Source: Bacteroidales bacterium
GTDB taxonomy: Bacteria > Bacteroidota > Bacteroidia > Bacteroidales > Prolixibacteraceae
Length of the DNA: 64,000 nt
Direction: 5' to 3'
Assembly: GCA_012719495.1 (NCBI GenBank)
Contig: JAAYAG010000060.1
Coordinates: 1 to 64,000, forward strand
Under the pieces are notes generated by a model, which ran no database searches, was not told the origin of the DNA, and worked only from the letters and a program-made list of their open reading frames with translations. Below are positions 10,340-21,348 of this stretch, one piece after another. The stretch's first letter is position 1. Each line of letters opens with the position of its first letter. A program made the translations under genes and the position numbers.

Positions 10340-12280
10340 CTATTTATAGCTTCTCTGACTCAATTTAATATTCTCGAATACCAAATCTTCTTTGTGAAGA
10401 ACAGGTTCAGCTTGTTCACCTTTGTATTCCCAGCAAGAAACATAGGTGAATTTCTCGTCGTTGCGTTGTGCTTCGCCATCTTCAGATACCGATTCTTCGC
10501 GGAAGTGGCCACCACACGATTCGTTGCGGTCCAAAGCATCTTGTGCCATCAGGATACCCATTTCGATGGCATCGGCCACGCGGCCTGCTTTTTCGAGCTC
10601 TGGGTTCACGTTGTTCATTTCGCCCGGAATGCGCACATTGCTCCAGAACTCTTTTTTAAGTTCTTTCATCATGGCAATGGCTTTGATCAAACCAGCTTCG
10701 TTGCGGCTCATGCCCACATAGTCCCACATAATGTGGCCCAATTTTTTGTGGAAGTAGTCAACGGGTTCTTTTCCTTTGATGTTGAACAACTGTTGCAAGC
10801 GTCCGGTAACGGCTTTTTCGGCTTCGTCAAACTCGGGTGCTTTGGTGTCGATTTTGGGCGTCATGATTTCATTTGCCAAATAATCGCCAATGGTGTAAGG
10901 CAGTACGAAGTAACCGTCGGCCAAACCTTGCATCAAAGCCGAAGCTCCCAAACGGTTTGCTCCGTGATCGCTGAAGTTTGCTTCACCAATCGCGTACAAA
11001 CCTGGAATGTTTGTCATCAGGTTGTAATCTACCCAAAGTCCGCCCATCGAATAGTGGATGGCAGGATAAATTTGCATTGGTTCGGTATAAGGATCAACAT
11101 CGGTAATTTTTTCGTACATCTGGAACAAGTTACCATAACGTGCTTCAATTACCTTTTTGCCCAAACGTTCGATGGAGTATTTGAAATCGAGGTAAACGGC
11201 CAACCCGGTGTTGTTTACGCCATAGCCAGCATCGCAACGTTCTTTTGCAGCGCGCGAGGCCACGTCGCGGGGAACCAAGTTCCCGTAACTTGGGTAACGG
11301 CGTTCGAGGTAGAAGTCGCGGTCTTCCTCGGGTATATCATTCGCTTTGATAAGACCTTTTTGTAATTTTTCAGCGTCTTCTTTTTTCTTTGGAACCCAGC
11401 AACGGCCATCATTACGCAACGATTCTGACATCAAAGTCAATTTCGATTGTTGATCTCCGTGAACAGGGATACAAGTTGGGTGAATTTGCACAAAGCAAGG
11501 GTTGCCAAACCAAGCGCCTTTTTTGTAGCACTGCCATGCAGCTGAGCCATTGCAGCCCATTGCGTTGGTCGAGAGAAAGAACACGTTGCCGTATCCACCT
11601 GTTGCAACCACTACGGCGTGTGCACCAAAGCGTTTTACTTGTCCGGTTACCATGTCGCGGGCAATAATACCGCGGGCTTTTCCTTCTTTCACAACCACGT
11701 CGAGCATTTCGTGACGGGTGTACATTTTAACGCCGCCTTTTGCAATTTGGCGGTTCAATGCGCTGTAAGCACCCAACAACAATTGTTGTCCGGTTTGCCC
11801 ACGGGCATAAAACGTACGGCTTACCAACACCCCACCAAATGAGCGGTTGTCGAGCAAGCCACCGTATTCGCGTGCAAAAGGAACACCTTGAGCCACACAT
11901 TGGTCAATGATCAATGGCGAAACTTCGGCCAAACGGTACACGTTGGCTTCGCGGGCACGGTAGTCGCCACCCTTAATGGTATCGTAGAAAAGACGATAAA
12001 CTGAGTCGTTATCGTTTTGGTAATTTTTTGCGGCATTGATACCACCCTGTGCAGCAATTGAGTGTGCACGGCGTGGACTATCCTGGTAACAGAAAGCGTG
12101 AACATTATAACCAAGTTCGGAAAGTGAAGCGGCAGCCGAAGCTCCAGCCAAACCTGTTCCAACAACAATTACATCGAGCTTACGCTTGTTTGCAGGGCTA
12201 ACTACTTTAATGGCCGCTTTGTGTTTCGACCATTTTTCGGCCAATGGCCCAGCAGGTATTTTATTGTCAATAGTACTCAT
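10340..12280 (-). CDS. sdhA: Succinate dehydrogenase / fumarate reductase flavoprotein subunit
   Basis: 646 aa. FAD-binding [12 protein letters not shown], covalent-FAD region [12 protein letters not shown], active-site region HYSMGG. Confidence 0.9.
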   Translation of the reverse strand: MSTIDNKIPAGPLAEKWSKHKAAIKVVSPANKRKLDVIVVGTGLAGASAAASLSELGYNVHAFCYQDSPRRAHSIAAQGGINAAKNYQNDNDSVYRLFYDTIKGGDYRAREANVYRLAEVSPLIIDQCVAQGVPFAREYGGLLDNRSFGGVLVSRTFYARGQTGQQLLLGAYSALNRQIAKGGVKMYTRHEMLDVVVKEGKARGIIARDMVTGQVKRFGAHAVVVATGGYGNVFFLSTNAMGCNGSAAWQCYKKGAWFGNPCFVQIHPTCIPVHGDQQSKLTLMSESLRNDGRCWVPKKKEDAEKLQKGLIKANDIPEEDRDFYLERRYPSYGNLVPRDVASRAAKERCDAGYGVNNTGLAVYLDFKYSIERLGKKVIEARYGNLFQMYEKITDVDPYTEPMQIYPAIHYSMGGLWVDYNLMTNIPGLYAIGEANFSDHGANRLGASALMQGLADGYFVLPYTIGDYLANEIMTPKIDTKAPEFDEAEKAVTGRLQQLFNIKGKEPVDYFHKKLGHIMWDYVGMSRNEAGLIKAIAMMKELKKEFWSNVRIPGEMNNVNPELEKAGRVADAIEMGILMAQDALDRNESCGGHFREESVSEDGEAQRNDEKFTYVSCWEYKGEQAEPVLHKEDLVFENIKLSQRSYK

Positions 12281-12297
12281 AGTATGAATTCCTCCTG

Positions 12298-12987
12298 TTA
12301 GAATTTAATCATAAAATAGATTGGAATGATGCCAAAACCAATGGTGAAAATCCAACCAATAACTTTGGCAACAATGAACAAACGTTTTCTCCAGATCTGG
12401 TTGTTCAAACCAATGGTTTGGAACGCCGACCAGAAACCGTGAGAAATGTGTAATCCAAGCAACCATCCGCCCAAAATGTAAACGATAGAAAAGATCACAC
12501 TGTTTTTAAATAGTTCAGAAACCAATGCATAAGCGTTTTCCATTTCTACCCCTTTTACGGTAATGTGTTCGAGAAGCGGATCGCCGGCAAATTTCATTTT
12601 CCACCAAAAGTTTGCAAGGTGAATACCCATGTAGATGAACAACATAGCACCAAGGATCAGCATATTGCGCGATGCCCAAGCACTGTTTATTCCTTGTTCG
12701 GTTTTGGCATAATTCACAGGCCTTGCTTTCATATTTTGGTACGTAATAATTAACGACCAAGCAATGTGAATAACAAAACCAAGAGCCAAAATAGGTTCCA
12801 TGATCTTAATCAATGGATTTGTCGCCATAAAATGTGCCGCAATATTGTACAAATCTCCACTATCATCGAATATTAACAGAAGATTGATGGACATGTGTAC
12901 CATAAGAAACATAATCAGGAATAAGCCTGTTATGCTCATTAAAAATTTACGGCCAATAGAAGCGTTGAGAAAACTTCCTTTGCTCAT
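12298..12987 (-). CDS. sdhC: Succinate dehydrogenase / fumarate reductase cytochrome b subunit (Bacteroides-type membrane anchor)
   Basis: 229 aa polytopic membrane protein immediately upstream of sdhA on the same strand. Conserved His residues in TM helices. Confidence 0.7.
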   Translation of the reverse strand: MSKGSFLNASIGRKFLMSITGLFLIMFLMVHMSINLLLIFDDSGDLYNIAAHFMATNPLIKIMEPILALGFVIHIAWSLIITYQNMKARPVNYAKTEQGINSAWASRNMLILGAMLFIYMGIHLANFWWKMKFAGDPLLEHITVKGVEMENAYALVSELFKNSVIFSIVYILGGWLLGLHISHGFWSAFQTIGLNNQIWRKRLFIVAKVIGWIFTIGFGIIPIYFMIKF

Positions 12988-13350
12988 AAGAATCTTATTT
13001 ATTGTTATTTATAAAAGTTATTATTCCTAAAAAAGAAATACAAAAGTAGATTGATTCCCCTTCCGACGCAATTTTTAACAGGTAAAAAGTTGTTATTTAA
13101 AACCTTTCTAATTGCCATAAGATACTCCATCAGACACAACTACCCGCAACATACAATATATCAACATAATATAAAAGTCATTTGTGTTAAGTTGATGTGA
13201 ATTTCAAAAGAATAAATTACAACCGCTTCTATATAGAAATTGCAGATGAACAGTCTGTTTTGCAACCCAAGAGCTTGTTCTCTGTCATTCATTCAAATGA
13301 AAGTAAATAAACAAGTGTTCAGGATTTAAACGTAATAACACATATCTATC

Positions 13351-13896
13351 ATGAGAAATTTTTTCCTATTAATTGGTTTGCTTATTGCTACAGCTGTTTG
13401 CGCCCAGGACAAACCAATAAATAATAAAGGCGTTGAAACTGATTTGCTGGCTTGGCGGATTGGGAAGTTTCCGGAAAGCTTTTACATTGGCGGTTGGTAC
13501 GGATATAAAGGCTTCAAAAACAGCATTGTTGTTGGGCATTTCAATTTGGTGAAAAATCATTTGCCTGATGGTTTTGTTTCCGATAAAAGCACTATTCTTA
13601 ACCTACGGTCTGAATATTTTTTCAACAAAAAATACAAGCATTTCTATTTGGGGCCATCACTACTTTTCGAACATGCCACCTTGAAAAGTGAAAAGGGCTA
13701 CAATCAAAAATTGAATTATTTCATGGCGGGTATCTCAACCGGATTTTTGTTCAACATTAAGAATTTAGTGTACTTTGGGCCGACTCTAGTTGCTCATTTC
13801 CCGCTAGGAAACCACAAGTATATTTTTGCCCCGGGCGATGATATGCCTTTACCCTGGAGCCTGGAACCCGGCTTTAAAATTGGCATTTCTTTCTGA
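13351..13896 (+). CDS. Hypothetical secreted/outer-membrane protein (small beta-barrel-like, C-terminal Phe)
   Basis: Signal peptide MRNFFLLIGLLIATAVCAQ. Alternating aromatic/hydrophilic strands. Ends …KIGISF. Confidence 0.4.
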   Translation: MRNFFLLIGLLIATAVCAQDKPINNKGVETDLLAWRIGKFPESFYIGGWYGYKGFKNSIVVGHFNLVKNHLPDGFVSDKSTILNLRSEYFFNKKYKHFYLGPSLLFEHATLKSEKGYNQKLNYFMAGISTGFLFNIKNLVYFGPTLVAHFPLGNHKYIFAPGDDMPLPWSLEPGFKIGISF

Positions 13897-13898
13897 CA

Positions 13899-14885
13899 TT
13901 ATTGGTTGAACATTTCACGACGGTATTGCCCCGGAGGTACCCCTTTTATTCGCCTGAAAGCTCTTGAAAAATGAGCCGAATCAGTGTATCCTAACTGGCT
14001 GGCAATATCGTCGATGTTTAGTCCTGGGTTTTCAAGCAACTCGATAGCTTTTGATATTCTTATTGTTAGCAGATAATTGTATATACTGGTTCCAAATACT
14101 TCTTTAAAACCCCTTTTGAGTTTGTTCTCGTTAATAGCCACGCTACGCGAAATGGTACTGATGCTTGGGTAATCAGACAGGTTTTGCAGCAGCAATGTTT
14201 GAGCTTCCTGTATTTTCTTACGCTCGGTTGGTGATAATTCAATTTTACGTTTATCATTCTTCAACGACAAAATTTGCTCAAGCTGACAGCCAAAAAGCTC
14301 AGTGATTTTGGTGTCATAAAAAACCTTTGAAAGCAGATTGTCGCTTACGTTATGAAACAATATATCTCTGATTATTATCTTCATACGAGGCGATATAGGA
14401 AGAGGCATTTCATACAGGTTAAAATAATCGCCTTTTTTAATCATATCGGCATACAATGAAAAACGGCCGTGATATTTGGCTAACAACTGGTCGAAAAATG
14501 CCGGAGACATTACCACCCTGAAGTTTTCAAAAATTGGGGGTGCTTCAAAAACTAGCTCCCGTTTATTGGTATAAAAAGTGTTGTGTAAGTCGTTTTGAAA
14601 AATACGATAGGGCTCGTAATTTTTCTCTGTAACATTAAAATTTCCATTAAGTTGGAACGACATTATTGCGATATTTCCATCCTGCCTCGATCGTATGGTT
14701 TGTGAAGCTTCGGAATGGTGCTTGGCATACATAATTAATACGCCTTTCATAAAAATAAGCATCGCAGAAGAAGAAAACCCGGGAACATTAACCTTTAATT
14801 CTTCTTTTTCACAATGGTCATCAAGATAGATACTATCATCAAAATGCAACCACTTATTTTCTGTGTTCCATGCTTCTAGGATCAT
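13899..14885 (-). CDS. AraC family transcriptional regulator
   Basis: 328 aa. C-terminal AraC HTH (…IDDIASQLGYTDSAHFSRAFRRIKGVPPGQYRR). Confidence 0.8.
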   Translation of the reverse strand: MILEAWNTENKWLHFDDSIYLDDHCEKEELKVNVPGFSSSAMLIFMKGVLIMYAKHHSEASQTIRSRQDGNIAIMSFQLNGNFNVTEKNYEPYRIFQNDLHNTFYTNKRELVFEAPPIFENFRVVMSPAFFDQLLAKYHGRFSLYADMIKKGDYFNLYEMPLPISPRMKIIIRDILFHNVSDNLLSKVFYDTKITELFGCQLEQILSLKNDKRKIELSPTERKKIQEAQTLLLQNLSDYPSISTISRSVAINENKLKRGFKEVFGTSIYNYLLTIRISKAIELLENPGLNIDDIASQLGYTDSAHFSRAFRRIKGVPPGQYRREMFNQ

Positions 14886-14941
14886 TTTCTTCTTTTTAAA
14901 ATTGACCTAAAAATAGTGTGTTCTCAACATCATTGCAATTC

Positions 14942-14979
14942 AAAAAAAGAGGTTGCCGAAAATGTACCCCGACAACCTC
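14942..14979 (-). terminator. Terminator hairpin downstream of the flotillin gene
   Basis: GAGGTTG…CAACCTC 7-bp stem flanked by an A-run (plus strand), i.e. a T-run on the minus strand. Confidence 0.5.
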
Positions 14980-14998
14980 ATTCTTATCTTAAAAGTGA

Positions 14999-16408
14999 TT
15001 ATTCCTCAACAACTTCAGCTTCCTTTGGTTGATTTTCCTCAGGTTTTGTTTTTCCTTTGAGGTAGTCGGGCAATTCCATTCCGGCCATTTTAAAGAGCTC
15101 TTCATAAGGAGGAATTGCTCCAAGCATTCCAGATAAAAATTTTGCTGAAGTAGGTGAATTACCATCTTTCCCGCCCGACATATTGTCCCAAACAGTAATC
15201 TTATCGATTTTAAGATTCTTGACCGCTTCAACCTGTATCTTAGTCAATTCAGGAAGCTTGTCGGCAATCATCAGTTTTACAGCGCTATTCGGGTCATCGC
15301 CTGCTGCTGCCACCAATTTGCGGAATCCCTCGGCTTGTTTAGTAAGTACTTCATAAATACCCTTTGCTTCAGCTTCCATTTTCATGAAAATAGCATCGGC
15401 TTCCCCTTTAGCATGACGTCGGGTTTGTTCGGCAATAGCTTCTGCGGCAATTTCAACTTTTTCCTTGTCTACCATGGCCGGGATCACAATGTCGGCAGTT
15501 TGAGCTGCTTTATCGCGCTCGGCACGTGCTTTTTCAGCTTCCCGTTCAGCAGCATAGGCTTCTTCGAGGGCTTGGGCCTGATTAACTTTTTCAGCAGCAA
15601 CAGCCTTCTTTTCGGCTTCGGCTTCCATTTGTCTACGCGAAGCGTTTGAATTGGCAATGGTAATTTTGGCTGTATTTTCACCTTCTACAGCGGTCGCATC
15701 GGCAGCAGCAACAAGCACACGTTGATCTTGCATTGCATTGGCTTCACCAACCGATCCGTCACGGTTTTTCTCGGCAACAGTCTTCTTTGCATCATTGATA
15801 GCCTTTGCAGCAGCTTCTTTTCCCAAAGCTTGAATGTAGCCCGATTCATCGTTGATATCGGTTACGTTCACATTGATTAGTTTCAACCCAATTTTCTTCA
15901 ACTCTGCTTCAACATTCGACGAAACTGCTGCCAGAAACTTATCACGGTTGCTGTTGATTTCCTCAATATCCATGGTAGCAACCACCAAGCGTAACTGACC
16001 GAAAATAATATCTTTAGCAAGATTGTTTATATCAACTCTTGTTAATCCGAGTAACCGTTCGGCAGCATTGATCATTATTCCAGGTTCGGTTGATATACCA
16101 ACAGTAAAGCGAGAAGGCACGTCAACGCGGATGTTTTGTTTACTCAAAGCACTGGTCAAATTAATTTCTATTGAAATGGGCGTTAAATCCATAAATGAAT
16201 AATCTTGGATAACTGGCCATATAAATGCAGCACCCCCATGAATACACTTTGCAGAGCGCGATTCCTGAGCTTTGTCCTTTCCAACCTTTCCGTAGATGAC
16301 CAAAATCCGGTCAGAGGGGCATCGTTTGTATCGCCTGAAAAATGATACAATGAGTACAAAAACAAATATGGCAATAGCCCCTACAATTAATACATAATAT
16401 TCTTCCAT
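14999..16408 (-). CDS. Flotillin-like SPFH/band 7 domain protein (YqiK-type)
   Basis: 469 aa. N-terminal TM segment, SPFH domain, long Ala/Glu-rich coiled-coil (EAEAEKKAVAAEK…AEREAEKARAERDKAA). Confidence 0.85.
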   Translation of the reverse strand: MEEYYVLIVGAIAIFVFVLIVSFFRRYKRCPSDRILVIYGKVGKDKAQESRSAKCIHGGAAFIWPVIQDYSFMDLTPISIEINLTSALSKQNIRVDVPSRFTVGISTEPGIMINAAERLLGLTRVDINNLAKDIIFGQLRLVVATMDIEEINSNRDKFLAAVSSNVEAELKKIGLKLINVNVTDINDESGYIQALGKEAAAKAINDAKKTVAEKNRDGSVGEANAMQDQRVLVAAADATAVEGENTAKITIANSNASRRQMEAEAEKKAVAAEKVNQAQALEEAYAAEREAEKARAERDKAAQTADIVIPAMVDKEKVEIAAEAIAEQTRRHAKGEADAIFMKMEAEAKGIYEVLTKQAEGFRKLVAAAGDDPNSAVKLMIADKLPELTKIQVEAVKNLKIDKITVWDNMSGGKDGNSPTSAKFLSGMLGAIPPYEELFKMAGMELPDYLKGKTKPEENQPKEAEVVEE

Positions 16409-16458
16409 GGTAAAAAATTTTGGGTTTCTATTTGTTTAAATAATTGGTGTTGTGTGTT

Positions 16459-17040
16459 TTACTTCAGTTTAACTACTAAAATTTCGCCTTCGAGAGTACC
16501 GGTTACTTCAACAAGCGAACCTGTAGGAATTTCATTTTCTTCATCAGTCACAGCATCAAGGGTTTGAAAGCCCTGAAGCATTATCTGTACTTTTCCCATT
16601 CCATTTCGTTTAGGCGGGATAGGCAGGTATACAGTACCTGTTTTGTTCACTGATCTCTTGAGGTCGAGGGTTCCCGATTCGGTTAGTTTCCCCATGAAGT
16701 ACATTAGAGTAGCCATAAGTACCATCATGAGCAAGCCGGCAATTACAGCCAGCAAGACCGACCACCCTATTGCCATTCCTCCCGATGAGGTTAATATGCC
16801 AACCCATCCAAATAGAGTGAAAAAAGCTACAAGGTTTTTAATTGAAAGAAACTGAAAATCAATTCCTGTATCGCTATCCACAGAGATGTCGGCATCACCA
16901 TGGCTCTCTCCGCTGTCACCGCCAAAAAGTGATAATATTGTTTGTAGAATAAAGAAAATTGAAAAGGGAATAGCAATTAGCCAATATACTTTCTGTAGTG
17001 CTGATAAGCCTTCCCACCATAATGAAAAATCGGTCGTCAT
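16459..17040 (-). CDS. NfeD-like membrane protein (YqiJ-type partner of flotillin)
   Basis: 193 aa. Several TM helices plus C-terminal OB-fold-like soluble domain (…GSLVEVTGTLEGEILVVKLK). Directly upstream of the flotillin gene on the same strand. Confidence 0.65.
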   Translation of the reverse strand: MTTDFSLWWEGLSALQKVYWLIAIPFSIFFILQTILSLFGGDSGESHGDADISVDSDTGIDFQFLSIKNLVAFFTLFGWVGILTSSGGMAIGWSVLLAVIAGLLMMVLMATLMYFMGKLTESGTLDLKRSVNKTGTVYLPIPPKRNGMGKVQIMLQGFQTLDAVTDEENEIPTGSLVEVTGTLEGEILVVKLK

Positions 17041-17289
17041 AAGCGTTGTGTTTAGTTCCTGATTAAAAGTATATAGAATTTTTGAATCTTTTTCAACAAA
17101 AAATATTTTTTCTTAGTTAGTCGAACATTTTCTTGAATTCAACACGTTAAGCATCGCTATTCTATTTATTTTAATTACATCTACACATTAAACTCAACAC
17201 ATTAATTCTTTCAAAATGTATTTTCTAATCAGAAAATGAGTTTTTATGCTGTTTGACAGTTTTTTAAAAGAAAAGAAAATCATATATTT

Positions 17290-17739
17290 GTGATGGGAGA
17301 ATTTTTTAGATTAAGCATGAAAGTATTACAATTTATTGGGGGAATTGTATTTCTTTTCATTTTTGCTTCGTGTTCGCACAATGCAGAGATATACAATGGT
17401 AGCCTACCCGATGGGAGTGTGGGGATAAGCTACAAAGTTCAAAAAAAAGTAACTGACAAGTTGCTTCTTGAAGTCATTAATTTTGAAGATACCCGTTGCC
17501 CGGTTGGCGATGTTTGCAGTAACCCTGGCTATGTTGATGTAGAGATACGGGCTTCTTCTGGTATAGACATTACAAGTACAACCCTACGTTATAACGATTT
17601 TCAGCCTTGCGATTTAAGCCGCGACACTATTTTCAACTATGTGGTTGAGTTGGTTAAGGTAACTCCGTTCCCTTATGCTGACAAGCCTGCTCAAAATGCT
17701 GAAACATACCGTTTCGCTGTGGTTGTTGAGGAATTATAA
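17290..17739 (+). CDS. Hypothetical small lipoprotein
   Basis: Signal peptide with lipobox-like …FIFASC. 149 aa, with paired Cys (CPVGDVC, C…C). Confidence 0.4.
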   Translation: MMGEFFRLSMKVLQFIGGIVFLFIFASCSHNAEIYNGSLPDGSVGISYKVQKKVTDKLLLEVINFEDTRCPVGDVCSNPGYVDVEIRASSGIDITSTTLRYNDFQPCDLSRDTIFNYVVELVKVTPFPYADKPAQNAETYRFAVVVEEL

Positions 17740-17740
17740 T

Positions 17741-18886
17741 CTATTTGTTTCGATAATAATTTTTGATAAACGACGAGGCATTTGATGCTAACGGGTCGCT
17801 AAATAACACAAACAAATCTTGTGGTAACGGTGGTAGGGTCTGTCGTGATTTTGTCATTTTCTTTACATCATCAGGCAGCGCACGATCATCTCCGTTAAAT
17901 GATGCCCAATGGTTTCGCCATACATATTCTCCAGGGAAGTTTCGGTTCTCTAGAATTGTTTTATTGGGATATCTCGTAATCCGTACGTTTAAGACGCCTC
18001 TCGAAACAACTTCCCTCTCGTGAATATGTGCTTTTGCTTTCACTGTTCCCATAACATTATGCGAAATGCCTTTGTCATCTTTAAATGTTCCTATAACCAA
18101 TGAGTCTGACACATAATCTTTTTCAGTTTCTTTCTCATATACATTTCCAACAGCAAAATCAACAAATTGTATCGACACAATCTGGTCAGGAACAATCTTC
18201 ATTTGTTCAGCTTCGATGGCCTGATAAAACCTAACAAAACGGTTTCGTGAATTCTTCGAAATATCAGCATAAAGTTTTGAATAAAAACGATTTATGTAAG
18301 CAGTATATTGATCACCCATATAGGGTATAGGTTCAATTACGACCTTAATAGTGGCTAATTCAATGGCTTGCGCTAGTTTATTGTCAACATCAGCATACCC
18401 TGGTTTTGCATTTTTTACCCACTCAAATTTTTCGATAGCAGTTCGAGCATCATTAATACTTTGACTTCGAAGTAATTGAACGCCGGAATTATATTGTTCT
18501 GAAATGGCCATTTCAAGTGCCTTGCTTAATTGATCGTGAAAATAAACAACTGGCTTTACCTGATTGAGTGCCGCCGGACAACGTGAAATTTCGTCGGCCA
18601 GAGTATTTAGTTTTTTATAAATATCGACTACGGACAAGTATTTATCAGGTGAACTTGATTTTAAAATTTCATCCACTTTCTGACGATAGTAGTCGAGTGC
18701 CATCGGGTAACTTTGTTCGATCGTTTCTCTGGCATTTTTTGAGTCGGGATTCGATCGTAAACGATTGACAGATTGAATTGTGGCTTCGTAGTAATCGCCT
18801 TTCTTCAATGCATTTTTACCGGTGCTGCACGACGAAATGATAATAAAAAGAATTGCAAAAACAGTAAGGACTGAGCTTCGTTTCAT
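17741..18886 (-). CDS. Hypothetical lipoprotein (about 381 aa)
   Basis: Start chosen at the internal ATG (18886) giving MKRSSVLTVFAILFIIISSCSTG lipoprotein signal; the ORF-track start at 18928 is an extension. No recognisable catalytic motif. Confidence 0.4.
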   Translation of the reverse strand: MKRSSVLTVFAILFIIISSCSTGKNALKKGDYYEATIQSVNRLRSNPDSKNARETIEQSYPMALDYYRQKVDEILKSSSPDKYLSVVDIYKKLNTLADEISRCPAALNQVKPVVYFHDQLSKALEMAISEQYNSGVQLLRSQSINDARTAIEKFEWVKNAKPGYADVDNKLAQAIELATIKVVIEPIPYMGDQYTAYINRFYSKLYADISKNSRNRFVRFYQAIEAEQMKIVPDQIVSIQFVDFAVGNVYEKETEKDYVSDSLVIGTFKDDKGISHNVMGTVKAKAHIHEREVVSRGVLNVRITRYPNKTILENRNFPGEYVWRNHWASFNGDDRALPDDVKKMTKSRQTLPPLPQDLFVLFSDPLASNASSFIKNYYRNK

Positions 18887-18984
18887 CTCTCTTAAGTATT
18901 TATTTCTTATGAAAACAAAACATTGCAAGCATTATGCCATCTTGTTTTCAAATTATTTTTGTCTCGTTACAAATATACGTTGTG

Positions 18985-21348
18985 CTAATTCATTTTTTTA
19001 GATACAACTGTGAAAAATTTAGTGAGTTGGTTGCCTTCTTCGTCGACAACGGTTAGTTTGTGAGGCCCGGCATCGGGAGAAATCCCCATTTGATGGAAAT
19101 AGGTTGTTTCGCCAAGGTACTCGCCGTCGACATGCCAGAAAAGGCGTGTATCCATGTTGCGATGGGCAATTTCGAAAACAATTTTCCCCTTTCTCCCATT
19201 CAGTTCGTTTGGAACAAAGAGGCTCTTCAGGTTCTTGGGATATAAAAGCTCCATCATTTTAAACGTTTCGGAAGGTGTACAGCCATTCATAAATGGCGGG
19301 AGCACAAAGTATTCGGGGTGCAATTTCCGGTAGTACCACTCCATTCCCGGGGTAAGCACAAAACACGAATCATGTACCATCTTGCTCATATCGTAGCAGT
19401 TGGCATTTACCTGCCATTGTCTGTCAGAACTTAGGTGGATGAGTTGATGGTATGGACAGGCTGCCGTTTTTGTCCCCGATTCCGGGATCTCGCATTTAAT
19501 TACATGCGGGCAAACCGACGAAGCCTTGTATCCGCTTTCTGCACAAACATCAACGGTAATTAATTCGTTTTCAGGTTTGTCGAACCATTTATTTGTTGGG
19601 AGTAAATCCAAAATATCGAACAGAATTGGTGCAGCTGCCTGATTGCCGGTTAAGCCCGGCCGTCCTTCGCCTGTGGCGTTCCCAGCCCAAACAGCAACCA
19701 CATAGTTTGGCGTAGTTCCAACAGCCCATGCGTCGCGGAACCCAAAACTAGTGCCGGTTTTCCACGCAACCTCGCCCGACGACGAAAAATTCCTCCATCC
19801 TTCGCGTTCTGATGGGCGGTTGACCTCTTTCAGTGCGTTGAAGGTTAGCCAAATTGCTGATGCCGAAACGATTGACTGCTGGTTCCACTTTTTATCTTTT
19901 GCCGGTTTTTCGGTTAGTTGTGGCAGGCTAATGTCTTGCGAATTATATCCCTTATGCTGATTGTAATGGTTCAGAATTCTTGCCATCGAGGAGTAAGCAC
20001 CAGCAAGTTCAATGAGCTTTGTTTCGCCCCCGCCCAAAATAAGCGACAATCCATAATGCTCGGCAGGAAAAGTGAATGTGCTGAATTTCAAGTTGCGGAG
20101 GAGGTTCAGAAAACGAGCTTCACCAAAATCCTGCAACATCTCTACTGCCGGAATATTTAGCGATTTGCTTAATGCCTGCGAAGCCGGAACTGCTCCCGAG
20201 TAGGTGTAATCGAAGTTCTTTGGCGAAAATCCATTAAAATTGATGGGGATATCGGGAACAAGCGTATTGGGGAGAATTTCGCCACTGTGGAGCATCCCGG
20301 CATACAGAAAAGGTTTCAGAATGCTGCCTGAACTTCGGGGCGCTTCGGCTACATCAACCTGTTCGTTGTGTTTGTTATTTCTGTTTTGAACGTTTCCAAT
20401 GTACGAAACAATTTGCCCTGTTTCAACTTCAACAACCAATGCTGCAATGTTATAAATCTGATTTTCAGATAAATTAGAACGGTGAAGTTCAACAATGTTG
20501 TTAACCTTTTGCTGAAGTGAATAATCGATGGTTGAAGTAACGTTTTTCCCTTTATCCGTCTTCGAAAATTTCTCAACCACATGGTTAGCTATTTCGGGTA
20601 GGGGAAGCGGTTTCACGGGAAGCTCTTCGGCAATGGATAGCTCGTAAGTAAGTTGATCTATTGTGTTGTTATCCCGGAGTTTCAACAGAAGATTATTGCG
20701 TTTGACTCTCAGTTTTTCGGCATTTTTTCCGGGGAACATCAACGAAGGGGCATTGGGCAGAATGGCAAGAACCGAAGCTTCGGCCCACGAGAGTTGCTCG
20801 GCCGGACGGTTAAAATATCGCCACGAAGCTGCTTCAATACCAACAACATTGCCGCCAAACGGTGCTGCCGACGCATACATGCCAAGAATATGTTTTTTCG
20901 ATTTAAGGATTTCGAGCTTAATAGCCATGCACATTTCAAGAAGTTTTCCGGGGATGGTTCGTGCCGGGTTTTTCCTCGATAAGCGGGCAACCTGCATCGA
21001 AATTGTACTTCCACCACTAACAACTTTCTTGTTTCTGATGTTGAGGTACAACGCCCTTACCAGCGAAACGGGATTCACACCGGGATGAAAATAGAACCAG
21101 CTGTCTTCGAACCCGATGAGTGCTTTTTTGTAATTGCCGGGCAGTTTTTTTGTCGCTGGAAAACGCCATTGACCATCGTCGGCAATGCGGGCACCAAGAA
21201 GCTCGCCCTCTTTCGAGAAAACCACCGTACACGTTGGATCATTGAACTTTGGCATTGGAACAACAATCAGAAAAAGAAGCAATCCGGCTAAAAGTAACAG
21301 AATTACCTTTAGCCAGATTGGTTGGTTGCGAAACTTAAAATCCTTCAT
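18985..21348 (-). CDS. pbpC: Penicillin-binding protein 1C (bifunctional glycosyltransferase/transpeptidase)
   Basis: Start set at MKDFKF… (ATG 21348-21346) followed by a TM anchor; the 851-aa track ORF is an upstream extension. GT51 motifs (EDSWFYFHPGVNP, GGSTISMQ). Transpeptidase SxxK/SxN-like motifs (SGSILKP). C-terminal PBP1C-specific domain. Confidence 0.85.
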   Translation of the reverse strand: MKDFKFRNQPIWLKVILLLLAGLLLFLIVVPMPKFNDPTCTVVFSKEGELLGARIADDGQWRFPATKKLPGNYKKALIGFEDSWFYFHPGVNPVSLVRALYLNIRNKKVVSGGSTISMQVARLSRKNPARTIPGKLLEMCMAIKLEILKSKKHILGMYASAAPFGGNVVGIEAASWRYFNRPAEQLSWAEASVLAILPNAPSLMFPGKNAEKLRVKRNNLLLKLRDNNTIDQLTYELSIAEELPVKPLPLPEIANHVVEKFSKTDKGKNVTSTIDYSLQQKVNNIVELHRSNLSENQIYNIAALVVEVETGQIVSYIGNVQNRNNKHNEQVDVAEAPRSSGSILKPFLYAGMLHSGEILPNTLVPDIPINFNGFSPKNFDYTYSGAVPASQALSKSLNIPAVEMLQDFGEARFLNLLRNLKFSTFTFPAEHYGLSLILGGGETKLIELAGAYSSMARILNHYNQHKGYNSQDISLPQLTEKPAKDKKWNQQSIVSASAIWLTFNALKEVNRPSEREGWRNFSSSGEVAWKTGTSFGFRDAWAVGTTPNYVVAVWAGNATGEGRPGLTGNQAAAPILFDILDLLPTNKWFDKPENELITVDVCAESGYKASSVCPHVIKCEIPESGTKTAACPYHQLIHLSSDRQWQVNANCYDMSKMVHDSCFVLTPGMEWYYRKLHPEYFVLPPFMNGCTPSETFKMMELLYPKNLKSLFVPNELNGRKGKIVFEIAHRNMDTRLFWHVDGEYLGETTYFHQMGISPDAGPHKLTVVDEEGNQLTKFFTVVSKKMN

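Noticed and set aside
10394-11365. 323-aa + strand ORF inside sdhA
   Set aside because: It lies antisense within a highly conserved flavoprotein gene. The His/Val-rich translation is typical of reverse-frame artefacts.
15400-15800. Ala/Glu/Lys-rich repetitive stretch that could be mistaken for a tandem DNA repeat
   Set aside because: It encodes the flotillin coiled-coil (EA-repeat). This is protein-level low complexity, not a genomic repeat element.
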